A stretch of DNA of 64,000 nucleotides, from positions 224,001-288,000 of the IMG/VR virus record IMGVR_UViG_642918906_000001; one strand, given 5' to 3'. Below, one piece after another: positions 1 to 8,944 of the stretch (position 1 is the first letter of the stretch; each line of letters opens with the position of its first letter). Source of the DNA: a virus (taxonomy: Duplodnaviria > Caudoviricetes). A program made the position numbers and the translations under genes. The notes under the pieces are model-generated. The model did not search any database. It was given only the letters and a program-made list of their open reading frames with translations, and was not told the origin of the DNA.

Positions 1-923
1 GGGGGACCTGGATAACCGATCTGACGTTTGATCTCGGATACCAACACAGGTTGTCGGTCGACGTTACCTGAAAAATAGCAGCCATATTCTTTTGCTAGTC
101 GTGTAGCATCGGCACCAAAAACAAACCCACGGGCTAATGCGTCGGCCACACTAGTGAAGTTGTCATTACAGTGGTCAGTGATAATAGCGATACCATTACC
201 TGCTGTCCGATAAGCAGCGAGTTCCTTAGCAAACCGTTCAGTGACATGCGTTTCAGACGGTGACTGAGTAGCGTATAAACCAAAGAATACCACGGTCGCA
301 AATTGATCCAGATAATCAAATGTGAAGTCAATTTTAGAGCTATTGTCAGGTAAGTCGTAATAGGTCGGTGTCCAATTACCAGCCTGACAGATACCATCTA
401 ATGTATCCCTAAAACCATTATCTGCTCGGGCACCACCTTGATTCTGATAATGTGAATCGGTCAATACAAACGAATAACCTTTAACCGAGTTGCCGATAAA
501 CAACACCTTGCGGTTACCGGCGGCGACCTTACGTGGGTTAGCACAAAAGTTAAGTCCGTTATAAAGGTACTTCTGTGCCGGGGTTAATGTCGCAAATGTG
601 TTTGGGTTTACTGCTGGATACGTTCCGCCATTGTTAGCAGCAATCTGATCATTATAAAATTTAGGGAACCCGCCATCGTAAATTACGTTACCGCGACCAT
701 CTTGCGTAACAGCTAGGAATGGTCGATCGATAGTGGGTCCAGCCGGATCACCTGGCGGTACAGGTGTAATAGGACCCGTGTCGTATGCGAGGATCTCAGT
801 CAATACAGGCGACCGTTCATTTCGAGTAACAATCGCCCTTCGTGTATTAGCTGGGAACGTCACAGTTAACGTCTGACCCGTGGTGTAGTAACCCGGTTGA
901 ATTGACGTACTGATCTCAGCCAT
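1..923 (-). CDS. Putative virion structural/tail-associated protein (runs off window start)
   Basis: ATG at 923 with GGAG RBS; open frame MAEISTSIQPGYYTTGQTLTVTF...VIYDGGFPKFYN...KYLYNGLNFCANPRKVAAGNRKVLFIG, resembling jumbo-phage virion proteins; absent from ORF track because no stop lies in the window. Confidence 0.7.
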   Translation of the reverse strand, partial: MAEISTSIQPGYYTTGQTLTVTFPANTRRAIVTRNERSPVLTEILAYDTGPITPVPPGDPAGPTIDRPFLAVTQDGRGNVIYDGGFPKFYNDQIAANNGGTYPAVNPNTFATLTPAQKYLYNGLNFCANPRKVAAGNRKVLFIGNSVKGYSFVLTDSHYQNQGGARADNGFRDTLDGICQAGNWTPTYYDLPDNSSKIDFTFDYLDQFATVVFFGLYATQSPSETHVTERFAKELAAYRTAGNGIAIITDHCNDNFTSVADALARGFVFGADATRLAKEYGCYFSGNVDRQPVLVSEIKRQIGYPGP

Positions 924-936
924 GATTTAACTCCAC

Positions 937-1305
937 TTAGATCTTAACAGGCATCGTGATGCGAGCATAGTAAGTAACTGGACCAGTAGCAAAGTTACTC
1001 TTAATAACCAGTTTACCGTCGGCCTGGATTTGATAGGTCAATACACCACTGGCTTCAACCACTGGCGGGTTAGTTCCAACAGTAGGGTCAACCATTGAGA
1101 GTTGAACACCTAAAGAGTAGACATGGTATTGAGCAGCAGTAAAACCTAGTTCGGTTGGAGCGTCAATTACGATTTGACCGTTGGCAGGAACACTACCAGT
1201 TTTATAACGGAAGCTTGCACTACCGCCAGAAACAACCGCGGCTTTAACTTTTGCAAAGTAAGCTGCCATTTGTGCTAGCATGTAAGCCTTAGCAGTTTGA
1301 CTCAT
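937..1305 (-). CDS. Hypothetical, probably virion-associated beta-rich protein (122 aa)
   Basis: GAGG RBS; between helicase and structural gene in the same operon. Confidence 0.7.
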   Translation of the reverse strand: MSQTAKAYMLAQMAAYFAKVKAAVVSGGSASFRYKTGSVPANGQIVIDAPTELGFTAAQYHVYSLGVQLSMVDPTVGTNPPVVEASGVLTYQIQADGKLVIKSNFATGPVTYYARITMPVKI

Positions 1306-1315
1306 AAGTCACCTC

Positions 1316-3448
1316 TTATCGCATATATGCGGGTACGTTTGGTTTAAGGATAGCCTTGGGTAAAGTGAACTCATTGATATCAATTTCAATACCGTATTGT
1401 TCAAATGCCTTAGAAAGGATACCGTGTAGGATTTTGTTTTCGTCGAAGTATTCGGGTTTGAAGTCTTCGGCAGCAACGTTGGTAAACACGTCACCTTCTA
1501 ACATAGGGGCTTCAATCCCCATGATTTCTGCGACTTGCGACTGTGACCACGCCAAGATGTCTGCACTACGAGTAGAGATGTTTGGAATCTCACCAGTATC
1601 GAGTGTGCATTGATACACATAGGTTTGAGAGTCTTGACCTAATCGATAGATCCGTGAGATCGCCTGTTCCAGAATGTAGGCACGGAAAGGAGAGTTCAAC
1701 AGAATCATGGTGTCGGCAATGGTAAGTCGTACACCCGTAGACAACGAAGCATATGTAGCGAGTAATGGATTAAGATCTTTCTCGGCGTCAAACCTTTTAA
1801 CGTGCAAAGGTAGTTCGTTGGTATTCTTACCGTAAACCACCAAAGGTGTCATACCCAGTTTAATCGTAACCTGTTCCGCTGCATCCACCGCCTCAACGAA
1901 GCTTGTGAACATGATCGTTTTCTTTTCGGTGGACTCGGTAATACCAACCCAGTCAATGTAAGGTACCATAGCTACGTTAGCTTCGATACGCATACCACCA
2001 ACAACACGACCTAGTACTTCACCTTGGATTTTGAGGTTAACATATTTAACCACTGACTTAATGTCGCGGAAGTCTTTAACCATGGTCTGCGGAAGAAGTT
2101 TCTCGAAGATGTCTTTCTCATAAGCGTTTGCCCTCTTCATTTCATCACCTAGGTATCTAGGATCAGGAGTACGGGAGATCAAATGGACTGTATGCAAGTA
2201 CTCATCAAACTGAATCAATGCCTGGCGGTCTTTAAGCTTACTACGGGCGATCTTGATGAAGTTCTCCCACTTACGCATGTCTGTGTCACGTCGCTTCTGG
2301 TAATACGCTGTACGCTCTTTAATGAAGGCTTCCATCATCTTACGGATAGCTGGGAGAGTAAAGCGCTCACCATCGGGTACCTTAATTGGATAAGGTCTCA
2401 TGATTGGAGGCAATAAAGATTCATCAGCTTCAGACTTCTCGACTTTATAACTAACCAGTCCTAAACGATGGCGGATGATATCTAAACCTTTAGAGGCTTC
2501 TTTACCATACATCTTCTTGAACTTAGCTTCTACCGCTGGAGTGAACAATGGATCAACTACACGAAGCAGGGTAATGATCTCGGCACCCAAAGCTTTTACT
2601 GGGGTACCAGAACCTTGGATGTTATTCTCGGAATCCAACAACTTAACCAAGGACTGATAGAGCATACTACGGGCTGAGTTGGGATCGTTCATGTTGTGTG
2701 ATTCATCTAGAATCGTAACAATCTTCTTCCCTTGGTAAACACTAGGATCTTGAAATAGTTCTTGTAGCTTAGACATTGCATCGTAGTGACACATAATCCA
2801 ACGCTGTCCTTCATAAGCCATCGGCTCGCCGCTATGCCAGATTGACTGCGGTGACTTGAACATCTCATTAACCGATTCAACCCATACTGATTCCAATACG
2901 GCTTTAGGACAGAACACTACAATCAACTCCGCCCCCAGCATTTCGGCCAGTGCTGACATCGAATAGGTCTTACCTGTACCTGCCGCGGCAGCGATCAGGT
3001 CACCTTTAAGGTTGTACTGATCTAAACGGTAACTATAGTTCTTGAAATACTCCATCTGGTAGGGCTTAGGTGTAAAGTGTAAGTTCTTCAACTTACGGAA
3101 ATCTAACCGTCCTTTAATGGTAGTAGTGTCAGGAGGGATAGTTCCTTTCAACCACGTATGTTCGTTGAGACCTTCGATTATTCCATTAATAGCCCGGATA
3201 CTCGTCCATCGATGGCGGTATTTCTTTATGCCGTCAAGGATATAAGCAATCTCTGGGGCAAAGAACTTATAAAAGCTAAACGAGTTACCACTGACGGTAT
3301 TGAAGATGTTCTGCGTGATACGGGTGGTCTTCCAGTGCTTATCCATGTCACGGACGATGTCTTTAGCACGAATACCAGATACCACGATTTCAGTGTTAGT
3401 TTCCTTTACGGTCACTCCACCGAATACGTTTCGGAATTGGTCTAACAT
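1316..3448 (-). CDS. SF2 (SNF2-like) DExH helicase/ATPase
   Basis: Walker A AAAGTGKT, ILDESH, SGTP, motif V STGVRL, motif VI QAISRIYRLGQ. Confidence 0.92.
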   Translation of the reverse strand: MLDQFRNVFGGVTVKETNTEIVVSGIRAKDIVRDMDKHWKTTRITQNIFNTVSGNSFSFYKFFAPEIAYILDGIKKYRHRWTSIRAINGIIEGLNEHTWLKGTIPPDTTTIKGRLDFRKLKNLHFTPKPYQMEYFKNYSYRLDQYNLKGDLIAAAAGTGKTYSMSALAEMLGAELIVVFCPKAVLESVWVESVNEMFKSPQSIWHSGEPMAYEGQRWIMCHYDAMSKLQELFQDPSVYQGKKIVTILDESHNMNDPNSARSMLYQSLVKLLDSENNIQGSGTPVKALGAEIITLLRVVDPLFTPAVEAKFKKMYGKEASKGLDIIRHRLGLVSYKVEKSEADESLLPPIMRPYPIKVPDGERFTLPAIRKMMEAFIKERTAYYQKRRDTDMRKWENFIKIARSKLKDRQALIQFDEYLHTVHLISRTPDPRYLGDEMKRANAYEKDIFEKLLPQTMVKDFRDIKSVVKYVNLKIQGEVLGRVVGGMRIEANVAMVPYIDWVGITESTEKKTIMFTSFVEAVDAAEQVTIKLGMTPLVVYGKNTNELPLHVKRFDAEKDLNPLLATYASLSTGVRLTIADTMILLNSPFRAYILEQAISRIYRLGQDSQTYVYQCTLDTGEIPNISTRSADILAWSQSQVAEIMGIEAPMLEGDVFTNVAAEDFKPEYFDENKILHGILSKAFEQYGIEIDINEFTLPKAILKPNVPAYMR

Positions 3449-3501
3449 GTTGGTAATCTCGAAATAATAATCATAAAATGATGGGTCAGCAGTACATCTA
3501 T

Positions 3502-3531
3502 TATTAGAAGCCTTTTAAAGAGTATATTACA
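3502..3531 (+). promoter_or_regulatory. phiKZ-type early promoter (TTTAA...TATATTAC), copy 1
   Basis: TATTAGAAGCCTTTTAAAGAGTATATTACA, identical to 45896-45925; TATATTAC is the described phiKZ early promoter core. Confidence 0.85.
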
Positions 3532-3566
3532 CTCGTGAATTAGCTATAACCAATAGGAGTACAAAC

Positions 3567-3860
3567 ATGTGGAATACAATGGAAGAGTTGAACCGGTCGT
3601 TTGCTAAAGGCTTTGCTGTGGCAGCAGTTGCCTGTTCGGCCATTAGTTTTGGTATTGCTTACTACGTCAGTAAGCTACCTGACCCACTCCAACTCTTTTC
3701 GGTAACCAGTACTGAAACTGGTATCGTGTATATGGTAGTTGCCATGTACGAAGAAGATGTAGCTGATATCATGGCTAAGCAGTCTGTAGTGTATACCGAT
3801 ATCCAACACATCGGTGTAGCTTTGGATAATGCTAAAGCTGGTGATATAGTCGTACTTTAA
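3567..3860 (+). CDS. Hypothetical protein with one TM helix
   Basis: AGGAG RBS; hydrophobic FAVAAVACSAISFGIAYYV; first gene after early promoter. Confidence 0.8.
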   Translation: MWNTMEELNRSFAKGFAVAAVACSAISFGIAYYVSKLPDPLQLFSVTSTETGIVYMVVAMYEEDVADIMAKQSVVYTDIQHIGVALDNAKAGDIVVL

Positions 3861-3870
3861 ATCTACTGGA

Positions 3871-3915
3871 TAAACCAATGCTAAGGAGGGGGAGTTCCTC
3901 CCATTGGTTTATTTA
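3871..3915 (+). terminator. Hairpin/possible terminator
   Basis: TAAACCAATG(3871-3880)/CATTGGTTTA(3902-3911) inverted repeat enclosing GGAGG/CCTCC. Confidence 0.5.
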
Positions 3916-3967
3916 AAAACTATTAGCGTTAGCTAATATCCTTATTCGCTCTTAGAGGTACCATGCA

Positions 3968-4141
3968 ATGGGACGTAATTACATCTATATCGTGACTAAC
4001 GAGAACGGTATAAGCATTACAGTGATTGCAGAGTCAGCTGACAAAGCGAATGACTTTGTAGAACTGGCTGGACATGAAGCAGTGGAGACTCGTGAGGTGG
4101 GTAAAGCTCATCCGGGTTGCGCAGCAGGTATCGTTGACTAA
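3968..4141 (+). CDS. Small hypothetical protein (57 aa), paralog of C-terminal domain of 3567-3860
   Basis: Manual translation MGRNYIYIVTNENGISITVIAESADKANDFVELAGHEAVETREVGKAHPGCAAGIVD; GAGG upstream. Confidence 0.7.
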   Translation: MGRNYIYIVTNENGISITVIAESADKANDFVELAGHEAVETREVGKAHPGCAAGIVD

Positions 4142-4152
4142 GGAGCCCCAAC

Positions 4153-4512
4153 ATGGGACTTAAGTTAAAAGTTCTTCGTGAAGACACCACAGCGTGGATC
4201 GTTAAGTGGCTTGCAGACCACACTAACAAATCCAATATCGAGGTAGAACGTAAGTACTTTGACAACCCGCTGAAGCATTACATGCAGTTCACCAATTCTG
4301 AAACGAATCGCACGGTAAAGCTCAGAGCGAAGCCTGAGTATTATCTGGTGCACTTCATGGATCATCGGATCGATGGATACTTTCATTTGAACTTAGACTA
4401 CAATCGACCTGTGTCGGAAGCAGCTGAGATCATTCTGAAATACCTGACCAGTGATCTGCAACAAGAACAATTTAAGGATTGGGTGAAAGCTCTTATCCTT
4501 ACAGTAGACTAA
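4153..4512 (+). CDS. Hypothetical protein
   Basis: AGGAG RBS, fits gene chain. Confidence 0.8.
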   Translation: MGLKLKVLREDTTAWIVKWLADHTNKSNIEVERKYFDNPLKHYMQFTNSETNRTVKLRAKPEYYLVHFMDHRIDGYFHLNLDYNRPVSEAAEIILKYLTSDLQQEQFKDWVKALILTVD

Positions 4513-4523
4513 GGAGTAGCAGG

Positions 4524-4946
4524 ATGGATAAGTCTAAAATCATTGAAACCGTTAAAGCATTCTGTGCTAAACAAGAATTCCCAATTGAGCGATTGGTATT
4601 GGGTTTTGAAACAGCAGCTGTGATGCATGGTCTGCAACGTGGTACTGGTGTTATCCACGCTGAAGTTGATGACCGTGACTTCGAATGGGTTTGGTGCATG
4701 ACTGACAGCCCACCAGGTCGTGGTCTGATGGGTCAGAACATCACCGTTGATGGTGTAACATTCCACGTCGGCATAGCTGGTCATAATGCCAGCCTGATCG
4801 ATGGCGTGATGGTAGTGAGTAAGACACGGTTGTGGGAACAATGTACACTACCGCACATCCAACGTGACTGTGTTCCAGCAATGATTAAGATGTACCAGTC
4901 GATCGCATATGAGTTGATCAAACCTGGTTATCCTGAAGCAGAATAA
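4524..4946 (+). CDS. Hypothetical protein, possibly degenerate nucleotidyltransferase-like fold
   Basis: AGGAG RBS; LVLGFETAAVMHGLQRGTGVIHAEV resembles the GG.A...HG....T.DID pattern but lacks the DxD acids. Confidence 0.6.
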   Translation: MDKSKIIETVKAFCAKQEFPIERLVLGFETAAVMHGLQRGTGVIHAEVDDRDFEWVWCMTDSPPGRGLMGQNITVDGVTFHVGIAGHNASLIDGVMVVSKTRLWEQCTLPHIQRDCVPAMIKMYQSIAYELIKPGYPEAE

Positions 4947-4990
4947 AAGCTAGCTCCCTTCGGGGAGCAGCTTTCTTATTTTCTTTTTTG
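4946..4990 (+). terminator. Rho-independent terminator
   Basis: GCTCCC-TTCG-GGGAGC followed by U-rich tract. Confidence 0.9.
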
Positions 4991-4993
4991 TTA

Positions 4994-5020
4994 AATTATA
5001 CTTGGTGCATGATATTATAG
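4994..5020 (+). promoter_or_regulatory. Putative promoter of ncRNA-1 (AAnnATACTnnGTGnnTnATATTATAG)
   Basis: AATTATACTTGGTGCATGATATTATAG aligns without gaps to 63030-63056. Confidence 0.6.
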
Positions 5021-5197
5021 TCATGAAGGCAGTCCGTGCAAAAACGCACTGCATACGAGGGGGTGATCCAGCCATAGGTGACCTGGTACGATAAAGCATC
5101 GGCGAGAGCTAACGCGAGTACCTAACTACGAGCCTTGTGACTATCGTTGGCACTATTCTAACCGACGGGTATCGAGCCAGCCTTCGGGTTGGCTTTA
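5017..5197 (+). ncRNA. Candidate structured small RNA (~180 nt), family unknown
   Basis: No plausible ORF; ATAGTCATGAAGGC(5017-5030) pairs with GCCTTGTGACTAT(5132-5144); internal GGTAC/GTACC, GAT/ATC, GGC-GAGA-GCT; CGTTGG/CCGACG hairpin; own terminator. Confidence 0.65.
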
Positions 5198-5202
5198 TGC
5201 CG
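5174..5202 (+). terminator. Rho-independent terminator
   Basis: GAGCCAGCC-TTCG-GGTTGGCTT then TATGCCG. Confidence 0.88.
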
Positions 5203-5265
5203 TTAAACAATACTGAGGTAGACATAATCTGTAGGTAATGTTGCCTACTTAACCGAGTAAATAAC

Positions 5266-5991
5266 ATGACTAATGTTGCTACAATTAATAGTCTGATCAA
5301 GACTACAATACAAGCAGTGTTTGACGCAGCGCCAGAACCAGTGTTTAATCCAAGTAGTGTCGAGTATCTGATGGATCGACGAACCACTGGCTTCACCGTA
5401 CCTAAAGATCTCGTTGATTACACACTGTTTAAAGAAGAACTAGTAAACCCCAGTATCAAGGCAATCGTGGTTGTACCTAACCTAGACGACTGGGCTACCA
5501 TTCGAGATACCTTCACCCACGGCCTTGGTCAAGATCCTAAGTTCCGTGTTTATGATACAGAAGGTCAAGTCATCGATGCTTACAACTTCGGTAGTAAGTC
5601 TCACCTCAAATTAGCTAAGTTGTTGAAGATCGATCCAGAGCTTAAAGAGATCGTAAAAACTTCACACATTACTTTTGTAGCTAACGGTGAAGAACGTGAG
5701 GTACCGAGAGGCTTTGTGTTTGAATACCACGCCGAGCGGAATGGGTTCATCATCAAACAAGTGTTGGCTAGGTATCTTGGTCAGGTTAGGATGGTAAATG
5801 AAATCGTCTCTAACATTAATAACGATACACCTGCAATAGCAACCTTGAAAAAGGATGATCCACGTGAGCCACTTGATTTGGTAGTGGTCTATAATTCACG
5901 TAAGTTCTTTGATAAGGTACGTATCAATAAGTTTTACACGTGGTTGTCTACTCAGGCCCATGGTAAGACAAAGATCGTTTTTATCAACTGA
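5266..5991 (+). CDS. Hypothetical protein (241 aa)
   Basis: Long ORF between terminators. Confidence 0.85.
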   Translation: MTNVATINSLIKTTIQAVFDAAPEPVFNPSSVEYLMDRRTTGFTVPKDLVDYTLFKEELVNPSIKAIVVVPNLDDWATIRDTFTHGLGQDPKFRVYDTEGQVIDAYNFGSKSHLKLAKLLKIDPELKEIVKTSHITFVANGEEREVPRGFVFEYHAERNGFIIKQVLARYLGQVRMVNEIVSNINNDTPAIATLKKDDPREPLDLVVVYNSRKFFDKVRINKFYTWLSTQAHGKTKIVFIN

Positions 5992-5996
5992 GTTAT

Positions 5997-6029
5997 TAAA
6001 GCCTGAGCATTGCTCAGGCTTTATACCGC
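5997..6029 (+). terminator. Rho-independent terminator
   Basis: TAAAGCCTGAGC/GCTCAGGCTTTA hairpin, TTTATACCG tail. Confidence 0.85.
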
Positions 6030-6040
6030 CAATACAAATA

Positions 6041-6060
6041 ATCTCAGATTTATATTACTA
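6041..6060 (+). promoter_or_regulatory. Early-type promoter (CAGATTTATATTAC)
   Basis: TATATTAC at 6051-6058 directly after terminator. Confidence 0.8.
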
Positions 6061-6087
6061 GAGTGTATTTAAATTGGAGCCTTAAGT

Positions 6088-6552
6088 ATGACTAGCAGTA
6101 AAAAGGAAACACGCCTCTCAGATTGGGGTTTCATCATTGTAATGGTTATCATGTCATGCTGGTCTACCTATGTCTGGCAAAATAACGAATACATGAGATA
6201 TCGTGATGTACCCGTTACCTACATCGACCGTCATGAAACTCGAAGCTGTCATAAAGGTAGTTGTAAAGATAACCTAATTGGTTTATTCAAGACCGATGAC
6301 GGTGTATTCTTTGAACGTTACATCGGGCTGTATACGTACCAACAAATGCATCTGGGTGAAAAGTTTGAACTGAACCTTCGCCAGATGGATATCAAACAAA
6401 CCGAACGGGATAACATCCTCTGGCTGTTTGGTCCGATTTTAGTTTATGCTGTGACATTCATCATGTGGGTTTTATTCATCTTTGCAAATATCCTCGAGCT
6501 AATCGAGCGAAATAAATCTAAGAAGGCCAAACAAAATGCAAATCACCGGTAA
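6088..6552 (+). CDS. Membrane protein with two TM helices
   Basis: GGAG RBS; hydrophobic segments near N- and C-termini. Confidence 0.8.
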   Translation: MTSSKKETRLSDWGFIIVMVIMSCWSTYVWQNNEYMRYRDVPVTYIDRHETRSCHKGSCKDNLIGLFKTDDGVFFERYIGLYTYQQMHLGEKFELNLRQMDIKQTERDNILWLFGPILVYAVTFIMWVLFIFANILELIERNKSKKAKQNANHR

Positions 6553-6883
6553 ACTGGATGTAGATTTCCTTAACCTCGGTTACGATCGTAGCATTAATGA
6601 AAACCTTAGTGGTGAGGAATACCTACGGGTTGATCGTTGCTGGAATATTTACTACCATGGGTTTATGGATGAGTTTGATGACATCGCTTACGTGAAAGGT
6701 AATGTATCAATCGAACCCGGTATCTACGAAGTGGTTACCTATGGTATTCCAGCTATTTTATTCTTGTGGCGCTTTACCCATGACCACCATCGTGACCTGA
6801 AAGGACTGATTGTTAAAGTGGGTGACGACGATATGATGAAAGACGCTTATCAGAAGTGGTTTAACCACGAATACTTTATCTGA
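6536..6883 (+). CDS. Hypothetical protein
   Basis: Fits gene chain. Confidence 0.75.
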   Translation: MQITGKLDVDFLNLGYDRSINENLSGEEYLRVDRCWNIYYHGFMDEFDDIAYVKGNVSIEPGIYEVVTYGIPAILFLWRFTHDHHRDLKGLIVKVGDDDMMKDAYQKWFNHEYFI

Positions 6884-6891
6884 GGTTAGTT

Positions 6892-7290
6892 ATGTCTATT
6901 GAAAACACCGCACTGAGTGACCGTGGTTTTAAAGGTGGTAAGTTCACTGACCGTTACGGTGAGGAATGCTCTATCCAGGAATCATCCATTTGCGCAGTTG
7001 AAGGTGATGGCGAAGGCTGGTGTATTTGGCTCGGTGTAGATAAGCCTAAATGTACTCAACTCATACCCGGTCAAGGTTGGACCGATGTACCCATCCCGGA
7101 AGACGCACTCCATTCTGGACGCATGCATTTGTCTCAACGTCAAGTAGGTGAGTTGATCCCACATCTGCAATACTTCGTTGAAACTGGTTATCTACCAACT
7201 CCCGAACAACACGATGAGTTCGTTAAGCATCTTGATGACAATCGCGTTCAAGACATTATTAATGATTTCTTTTCAGAGGTATCTAACTAA
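6892..7290 (+). CDS. Conserved phage hypothetical protein (RGF...FTDRYG.ECSIQESS...IWLG...RMHL type)
   Basis: GAGG RBS; motif pattern recurrent in phages; ends FFSEVSN. Confidence 0.8.
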   Translation: MSIENTALSDRGFKGGKFTDRYGEECSIQESSICAVEGDGEGWCIWLGVDKPKCTQLIPGQGWTDVPIPEDALHSGRMHLSQRQVGELIPHLQYFVETGYLPTPEQHDEFVKHLDDNRVQDIINDFFSEVSN

Positions 7291-7601
7291 TGGAATATTC
7301 GGCACGCATTGATCGTATTAATGTTGTACGCTTTAAACAACTTAAAGGTGGTCGAGTTATCATCCGAAATCACCGTACTCTAAAATGTAATGCACCCATC
7401 ATACCTGATGAAAACGGGGTCGCTAAAGTACGCATTAATACCAGTCAGTTCGAAGTGACTATGTCTGGTACTATGAAAGGTGAAATAATTAACATGACGG
7501 CCACCTCGCCACTGATCGTTAAAACAAAGTTTTTGAAAAAGGGTTTTAAAACTGTGATGGCCTATGGCCTGCGAACTAATAAAACTAACACGGGTCATTG
7601 A
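7290..7601 (+). CDS. Basic hypothetical protein
   Basis: TAATG coupling, GAGG RBS. Confidence 0.75.
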   Translation: MEYSARIDRINVVRFKQLKGGRVIIRNHRTLKCNAPIIPDENGVAKVRINTSQFEVTMSGTMKGEIINMTATSPLIVKTKFLKKGFKTVMAYGLRTNKTNTGH

Positions 7602-7605
7602 TAGC

Positions 7606-8007
7606 ATGAAATCTAATTCGGGATTTAGGATTGAAGTCTCTCCAAACACTAAGCTCGGTAAGCGATTGATTAGCCTAAGTGTACACCTACGTAATCGTAG
7701 TGACGCTGTTAGGATCACCCGTAAGATACTTGTGTACGTGAAAGGCCTAGGTGTGGTGGCAGGTAAGTGGACTGTTCGACAGTCTGGCGCAATCAGCTTT
7801 AAAGGTATTACATCGGAATGCGGTGAGATTGAATACATTTATGGTAAACTGACCATCGGTTTGAATCTTAACTCACCGGGTCATCAGGTATGGCTGCCTC
7901 GTGACAAGACAATCCGATTGATGTCGCAGTTGATTGTTACAGCTTTCCCACATGTCAATTACAATTTGACTGAACGTGATCTCAATTCAAAACTAATCAT
8001 TCGTTAA
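7606..8007 (+). CDS. Hypothetical protein
   Basis: ORF in chain; start taken at ATG 7606. Confidence 0.7.
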   Translation: MKSNSGFRIEVSPNTKLGKRLISLSVHLRNRSDAVRITRKILVYVKGLGVVAGKWTVRQSGAISFKGITSECGEIEYIYGKLTIGLNLNSPGHQVWLPRDKTIRLMSQLIVTAFPHVNYNLTERDLNSKLIIR

Positions 8008-8016
8008 GGAATTACA

Positions 8017-8931
8017 ATGGGCTGCGATATTCATCCAAACTTCGAAAAACGTGTAACTCGTGAAGACGGCACTAAGGTCTGGGAAAAGATCGAGGAACAT
8101 AAATACGAGGGTAATCGTCACTACTTCTTGTTCGGTTGGCTGGCCAACGTTCGTAATGGTTATGGTTTCGCCGGTGGTGATACTGGTGACGGCATTAAAC
8201 CACTGGCTCTCCCGAGAGGTTTGCCTACAGACATTGCCAGTTATGAGCCTGAGCCACCAATCAACGATGACACGAATTGGAACTCACCTGAGTACAAAGT
8301 GTGGGAAGAGTGGTACGAGCGTAATGACTACGGTGATCACTCTCAGAGCTGGTTGACTGGCGAAGAGATCATGAAAGGTCTCGAGGAAGTCGGTGGTACT
8401 CGTAAGCGTGGCGTGTTGTCTCTGGCACAATACACTAATTGGGATCGTAAGAGTCAGCCTGATCGTTGGTGCGGTGCTATCTTTGGTCGTGGGTGCGTGA
8501 CTCTCAGTACTGACCAAGCTAACCGTCTCGACCCTAAGGTAGGTAAATATATCAAAGGTGTAACTGACGACCTAACTCATGTTAGTAAGTCTGGCCGCTG
8601 GGTTAACAAACGCAAGATGATCGAAGTGCGACCAAATCTCGATCGTTGGCACTACATGTACAAGGTTGGTGGCAACTATCCTAAACTAGAAGGTGAGACT
8701 ACTGAGTTCAAACTCGTATGGGACCGTCAGTACAAAATCAAACCCTCTAAAGCCAAACATCTGCGTAAGTTGAATAAGTATGCTGACCGCATTGGTAATA
8801 TCAACGTGGCGTGTCAGTGGACTCTGGACAACAAAGCTGTCCGCGAAGAGTTTGCTTATTTCACCGATGAAGTAAAGCGCCTGATGGACCTCCATGGTGA
8901 GATCCGCATGGTCTTCGGTTTCGATTCTTAA
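8017..8931 (+). CDS. Conserved phage hypothetical protein of MGCDIH...RMVFGFDS type with large insertion
   Basis: N-terminal MGCDIH, LFGWLANVRN, PRGLPTD, GDHSQSWLT, C-terminal VFGFDS. Confidence 0.85.
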   Translation: MGCDIHPNFEKRVTREDGTKVWEKIEEHKYEGNRHYFLFGWLANVRNGYGFAGGDTGDGIKPLALPRGLPTDIASYEPEPPINDDTNWNSPEYKVWEEWYERNDYGDHSQSWLTGEEIMKGLEEVGGTRKRGVLSLAQYTNWDRKSQPDRWCGAIFGRGCVTLSTDQANRLDPKVGKYIKGVTDDLTHVSKSGRWVNKRKMIEVRPNLDRWHYMYKVGGNYPKLEGETTEFKLVWDRQYKIKPSKAKHLRKLNKYADRIGNINVACQWTLDNKAVREEFAYFTDEVKRLMDLHGEIRMVFGFDS

Positions 8932-8944
8932 TTAAGAGGTTAGT

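Noticed and set aside
5017-5197. tRNA, SRP RNA or small self-cleaving ribozyme
   Set aside because: No cloverleaf or TTCRA loop, no SRP core, no CUGAnGA/GAAA hammerhead core; twister/pistol consensus not recognisable by eye
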